Assembly: GCA_048881705.1 (NCBI GenBank)
Contig: JBHLSH010000004.1
Span: forward strand, 5,410 to 69,409
Source of the DNA: Candidatus Heimdallarchaeota archaeon
GTDB taxonomy: Archaea > Asgardarchaeota > Heimdallarchaeia > Hodarchaeales > Hodarchaeaceae
Length of the DNA stretch: 64,000 bases
Direction of reading: 5' to 3'
Positions 60,696 through 64,000 of the stretch are shown piece by piece. The stretch's first letter is position 1. Every line of letters begins with the position of its first letter. A program made the translations under genes and the position numbers. The notes under the pieces were generated by a model. That model was given only the letters and a program-made list of their open reading frames with translations, did no database searches and was not told the DNA's origin.

Positions 60696-61598
60696 CTATA
60701 ACAAATCCTCTACAAGTCCAGCCAACTGATCCATCTTCACCATCATGTACTGAAGAGGAGCAATTTTATGAGCGACACCTGTAAGTAAAAGCTCTGATTT
60801 AATTCTCTGAAAGATAAAAAGATAGTCATTTGTTTCCATGGTCGTTTTAAACGTATCAGATCTGAACTCAGTTACAAGACGGTCTAGGGTGGTTAACAAT
60901 AGGTTTGCAGGAACAACTATCAGATTGGCTAAATCTCCTTCTTCAAAAACTGGCAATCCCTCCTCAGTATATACCGCAATCCCGGATAGTTCTTTGTTTG
61001 CTTCAACGAATTCCTGGATTGCTTCGCTTACTGTTTTGGCTTTAGTGTTCTTCCGAATAATGCCTTGTACAATTTCACCGACAGCTGAATAGATACTTTG
61101 GTCAAAGATAGAAGTCCCTTTATAATGGATCACAAAGTTTCCTCTATTGGGAACAAAATATGATTTCATAGTTTCCAATATTTGTTCTTTCATGTTCAAA
61201 AGAATCAAGTCTATTTTATGAAAAAAGCAAAAGATTTCAGCATGAGGGGAGTATTCATCTAGGCGTTTAACAGCTTGATCGAAGTAGAATTTGGATGTTG
61301 AAACTTGATCAAAGTCGGATACATCTACAACCCAGATTAGAAGATCTACATCTGAGAATATAAACTCCGCTTGTTCTCCTACGAAAGCGGAGATAAATGA
61401 TTCTTGGCCCCCGCAGTCAAAGATTTGAAATGCACTGTCAATAATGTGTTTCGATGAGCGCGTATAGTTGATAGTCGCCCGATAGTCTGTTACATCGATA
61501 GGCGATTTTCCTTCAAAAGCTACGGCGCGAATACTACTTTTCCCTGATGCTCCAAGACCCATGAAAAGGACTTTTTGTGTGGTTGGTTGTGAAGTCAC
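60696..61598 (-). CDS. Rag/Gtr1-like small GTPase with roadblock-like C-terminal domain (Rag-2)
   Basis: Same G1-G5 motifs as Rag-1; CTD begins IAVYTEEGLPV. Confidence 0.9.
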   Translation of the reverse strand: MTSQPTTQKVLFMGLGASGKSSIRAVAFEGKSPIDVTDYRATINYTRSSKHIIDSAFQIFDCGGQESFISAFVGEQAEFIFSDVDLLIWVVDVSDFDQVSTSKFYFDQAVKRLDEYSPHAEIFCFFHKIDLILLNMKEQILETMKSYFVPNRGNFVIHYKGTSIFDQSIYSAVGEIVQGIIRKNTKAKTVSEAIQEFVEANKELSGIAVYTEEGLPVFEEGDLANLIVVPANLLLTTLDRLVTEFRSDTFKTTMETNDYLFIFQRIKSELLLTGVAHKIAPLQYMMVKMDQLAGLVEDLL

Positions 61599-61628
61599 CC
61601 CATATCACGCTCACTCGAATTCCAACGA

Positions 61629-61638
61629 ATTTAAACCC
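61629..61638 (-). promoter_or_regulatory. Candidate TATA box for Rag-2
   Basis: GGGTTTAAAT on the minus strand, about 30-40 bp before the GTG at 61598. Confidence 0.35.
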
Positions 61639-61654
61639 TTGATTCTACTATAGA

Positions 61655-64000
61655 TTAGTCTTCCTTTATCAACTCTGTTGTTCCATATATCTTTTCATAG
61701 GACAAAATGATTTGGGATACATATTTTCGAACTTCAATAATCATTCTTCTGATTGTGTCCTTCTCTTCTGGGCTTTCATCCATTAAGATGTGGAGAATAT
61801 GCACTTTCGCCTGAATTTCATCCAGAAATTGATTGACCAATGGAAATAATTCCTGATGAATTAAAACATTTAACGTAAGGTCCTCTTGTTTTCCACGCGA
61901 ATCGGGTCTGTTTAGAGCAAAGCCAAACGTCATCGATTTAATCCGGGCCCCGTGACTTAATACAAAGTCATAGCTCGAAGAGATTTCCCGACTGAATTCG
62001 TCACAAAATCCTGTACTGCTGAAAGATCGATCAGATAGGTCAACAAGCTTTCTAAAATTATCGTTAAGAATGGCAGGCTCAACAATTATTGGGATCGGGC
62101 CATGTCGTTGATCAAAGAAGGAAACCACAATTCCAACGGTATGTTCATCCCAGGAATTCCTTACCTCGGTTTCATCAACATCCGAACATGATCCTAGCAC
62201 TAGCTCTTTGTCAAGGCCAACGATTTCAGGCTTTCTTATAAATTTGACATACACTATTGATCCAAAGATGGCGGAAATGATTGTTATCCCGATTATTATT
62301 AATACAAATGTTGGATCGATCCCTGGTGGCGAAAATGTAAATCGAGTTTCATTGATCCTTTCTGGATCATTGTTTATATCGTACGCTATCCCTCTATTTC
62401 CTAATGAATCCAGTGTCTCGATATAGTAGATTATTTCTCTTGAAGTTTGATTGTGATCGAACCTGACTGTAGCCGTGTATCCGTAGATACCTCCATCATC
62501 GCTGGTTTGGGTCATTTTTACAGTACGCCAATTTTGCCTTATGGCCGAACCCGCACCCCCCGTAGAATTGGGTTTTTGGAAATAATAATACAAGATAACA
62601 TCAGCTATTTCAGACCCGTAATCCACAATATCTGTATAAAATGTAATATTGGTGGGATTCAATTCATCATTAAATTCAAATCGTGGCATTCCCGTAACAC
62701 GGGGTGGAGAACGATCCTCTACAACAAAAGAGTCCATATAAAGGGTGTATATACTGAAGTCTCGAGCGTTATAAGTAACGACACTGCTCGCTTCAATCCT
62801 GACGGTTAGCATAGTATCAAGAAATTCTGTCTTAAAGTCTTCCTTGGGTAATTGGTATAATAGCGCCCAGATGGAATCATTGTTTGCATCTTTAATGGCA
62901 CGGTACGGGACTCCAAGGCTATCATTCAGAGTGATTTCGATGCGGTCAATTGGGATAAGATTGGTTGCTACTATCGTTAGGTTATACATACCCTCATCGT
63001 AATAGTAGCTTCCTTCTCCTTCATTATCCTCAATAAGGGGCGTTATGATCAAATCAAGAATCTTGGGGCGACTTTCGACTATTAATTCTGGGAAGGTAGT
63101 TCCAGTTCCAATATCTGTTCCATCAAACGGAGTAACAACACATTTCCAGTGATCGCCTGGAAAAGTTTCCGAATGAGGTATAGTCGTTGAATTCTGATAG
63201 GTTAAAATCTCAATCCATGTTCCAGACTCAAGCTGATAATACCATTGAATCAAGGATTTATCTTGGTCAATGGGGATATCTGAGTCCTCAAATTCATAGT
63301 AGATTGATAAATCCTCATCATCTACAAAGAAGATCTGAATTGTTAAGGAAGTTCTTATGTCTGGATCTACTAGACTGTTATTTGGATCGAAAACATAATT
63401 GTAGTTACCTATAATCGGGATTGTATTTAATATAATTGTTGCTGAGGAATTATACTGAATTGAATAATTCTCTCCATCGAATACTCGTAAGGTAAATCTC
63501 CAAGAATCCCCTTTTGAGGTAATCATGGATGGAATTGTTTTCAAATTGCTGTAAGCAGCTTGTAGCTGATTATTTCGATACCATCCGATGATCCAATTAA
63601 TGTCCTCAATATCATTGTCCGCATCGCTGTATAGCCAAGTTGCAGTTAAGTCATCAATAGTACTGGGGGAGGGATTAATACCTAAACCCGATGCCATTGG
63701 CTTAGAATTTAATATTGTTACATTGAATGAGGTGAAAAGAAGCCCGTAATCTCTACCATCTTTTGGACGGAGGCTGAAATACCAAATGTCACCCTTACTG
63801 GTTTCACTTGAAGGTATTAATTTTGTATCATTAAGAAGAATCTGTAATTCTCCATTCTTGTACCATCGAATCAATGATCCCGCCTCAGGATGACTTTGAT
63901 TGTCAAAATAATCATAATAGGCTATTAAATTGTCCAGTGTTGTAGGATTTAGGGTCAAAGACAGGTTTTCAGCGGTGGGAGGGTCATTTGTTGAGGCCCC
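61655..64000 (-). CDS. Large single-pass surface protein (Ig-like repeats) with cytoplasmic uDENN/longin domain; 5' end lies outside the window
   Basis: Frame open to the window edge (GASTNDPPTAENLSL...); N..P...P...WY.N Ig repeats; TM at approx. 62240-62310; IVVSFFDQRHGP...DSRG domain. Confidence 0.8.
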   Translation of the reverse strand, partial: GASTNDPPTAENLSLTLNPTTLDNLIAYYDYFDNQSHPEAGSLIRWYKNGELQILLNDTKLIPSSETSKGDIWYFSLRPKDGRDYGLLFTSFNVTILNSKPMASGLGINPSPSTIDDLTATWLYSDADNDIEDINWIIGWYRNNQLQAAYSNLKTIPSMITSKGDSWRFTLRVFDGENYSIQYNSSATIILNTIPIIGNYNYVFDPNNSLVDPDIRTSLTIQIFFVDDEDLSIYYEFEDSDIPIDQDKSLIQWYYQLESGTWIEILTYQNSTTIPHSETFPGDHWKCVVTPFDGTDIGTGTTFPELIVESRPKILDLIITPLIEDNEGEGSYYYDEGMYNLTIVATNLIPIDRIEITLNDSLGVPYRAIKDANNDSIWALLYQLPKEDFKTEFLDTMLTVRIEASSVVTYNARDFSIYTLYMDSFVVEDRSPPRVTGMPRFEFNDELNPTNITFYTDIVDYGSEIADVILYYYFQKPNSTGGAGSAIRQNWRTVKMTQTSDDGGIYGYTATVRFDHNQTSREIIYYIETLDSLGNRGIAYDINNDPERINETRFTFSPPGIDPTFVLIIIGITIISAIFGSIVYVKFIRKPEIVGLDKELVLGSCSDVDETEVRNSWDEHTVGIVVSFFDQRHGPIPIIVEPAILNDNFRKLVDLSDRSFSSTGFCDEFSREISSSYDFVLSHGARIKSMTFGFALNRPDSRGKQEDLTLNVLIHQELFPLVNQFLDEIQAKVHILHILMDESPEEKDTIRRMIIEVRKYVSQIILSYEKIYGTTELIKED

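Noticed and set aside
56698-61598. Assigning the paralogs as RagA and RagC orthologues
   Set aside because: Both have RagA/Gtr1-type G3/G4 motifs and are far more similar to each other than RagA is to RagC
55197-61598. Ste24 processing prenylated Rags
   Set aside because: Neither GTPase ends in a CaaX motif
1206-63414. Many 60-180 aa ORFs in the track that overlap larger genes antisense or out of frame (e.g. 1947-2243, 23704-24090, 33391-33774, 49173-49706)
   Set aside because: Shadow ORFs of well-supported genes with no independent motifs
1-64000. tRNA, rRNA, CRISPR array, IS element, or Sec/Pyl read-through
   Set aside because: No T-loop/cloverleaf, regularly spaced repeats or transposase seen by eye, and no split ORFs suggesting recoding; tRNAscan-SE/Infernal would be needed to exclude small RNAs

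Overview
64 kb of gene-dense, moderately AT-rich prokaryotic DNA, almost certainly from an Asgard archaeon. Heimdallarchaeia/Hodarchaeales is my inference from gene content, not a computed placement. The basis is two Rag/Gtr-type GTPases with roadblock-like C-termini, three longin/uDENN-like domains, a gelsolin-like domain and TM-anchored glycosylated surface proteins. The left and middle parts hold mostly amino-acid catabolism (M20 amidohydrolase, proline dehydrogenase, ADP-forming acyl-CoA synthetase, PLP decarboxylase), detox/resistance-type genes, an orphan N6-adenine methyltransferase, several ABC systems, a glycosyltransferase pair and a recent tandem duplication of a beta-propeller surface protein. 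The standout is the right end (56.7-64 kb). Two RagA-like GTPase paralogs are interleaved with two NPRL2/FLCN/SMCR8-like uDENN proteins. One is a large Ig-repeat single-pass receptor whose cytoplasmic domain keeps an FLCN-type 'xRG' arginine-finger motif. The other is a uDENN + gelsolin-like + winged-helix fusion. cysS sits in the middle. This looks like a candidate archaeal precursor of the Rag-GAP signalling module. I saw no rRNA, tRNA, CRISPR array or IS element. All assignments come from motif reading by eye; no database searches were run.
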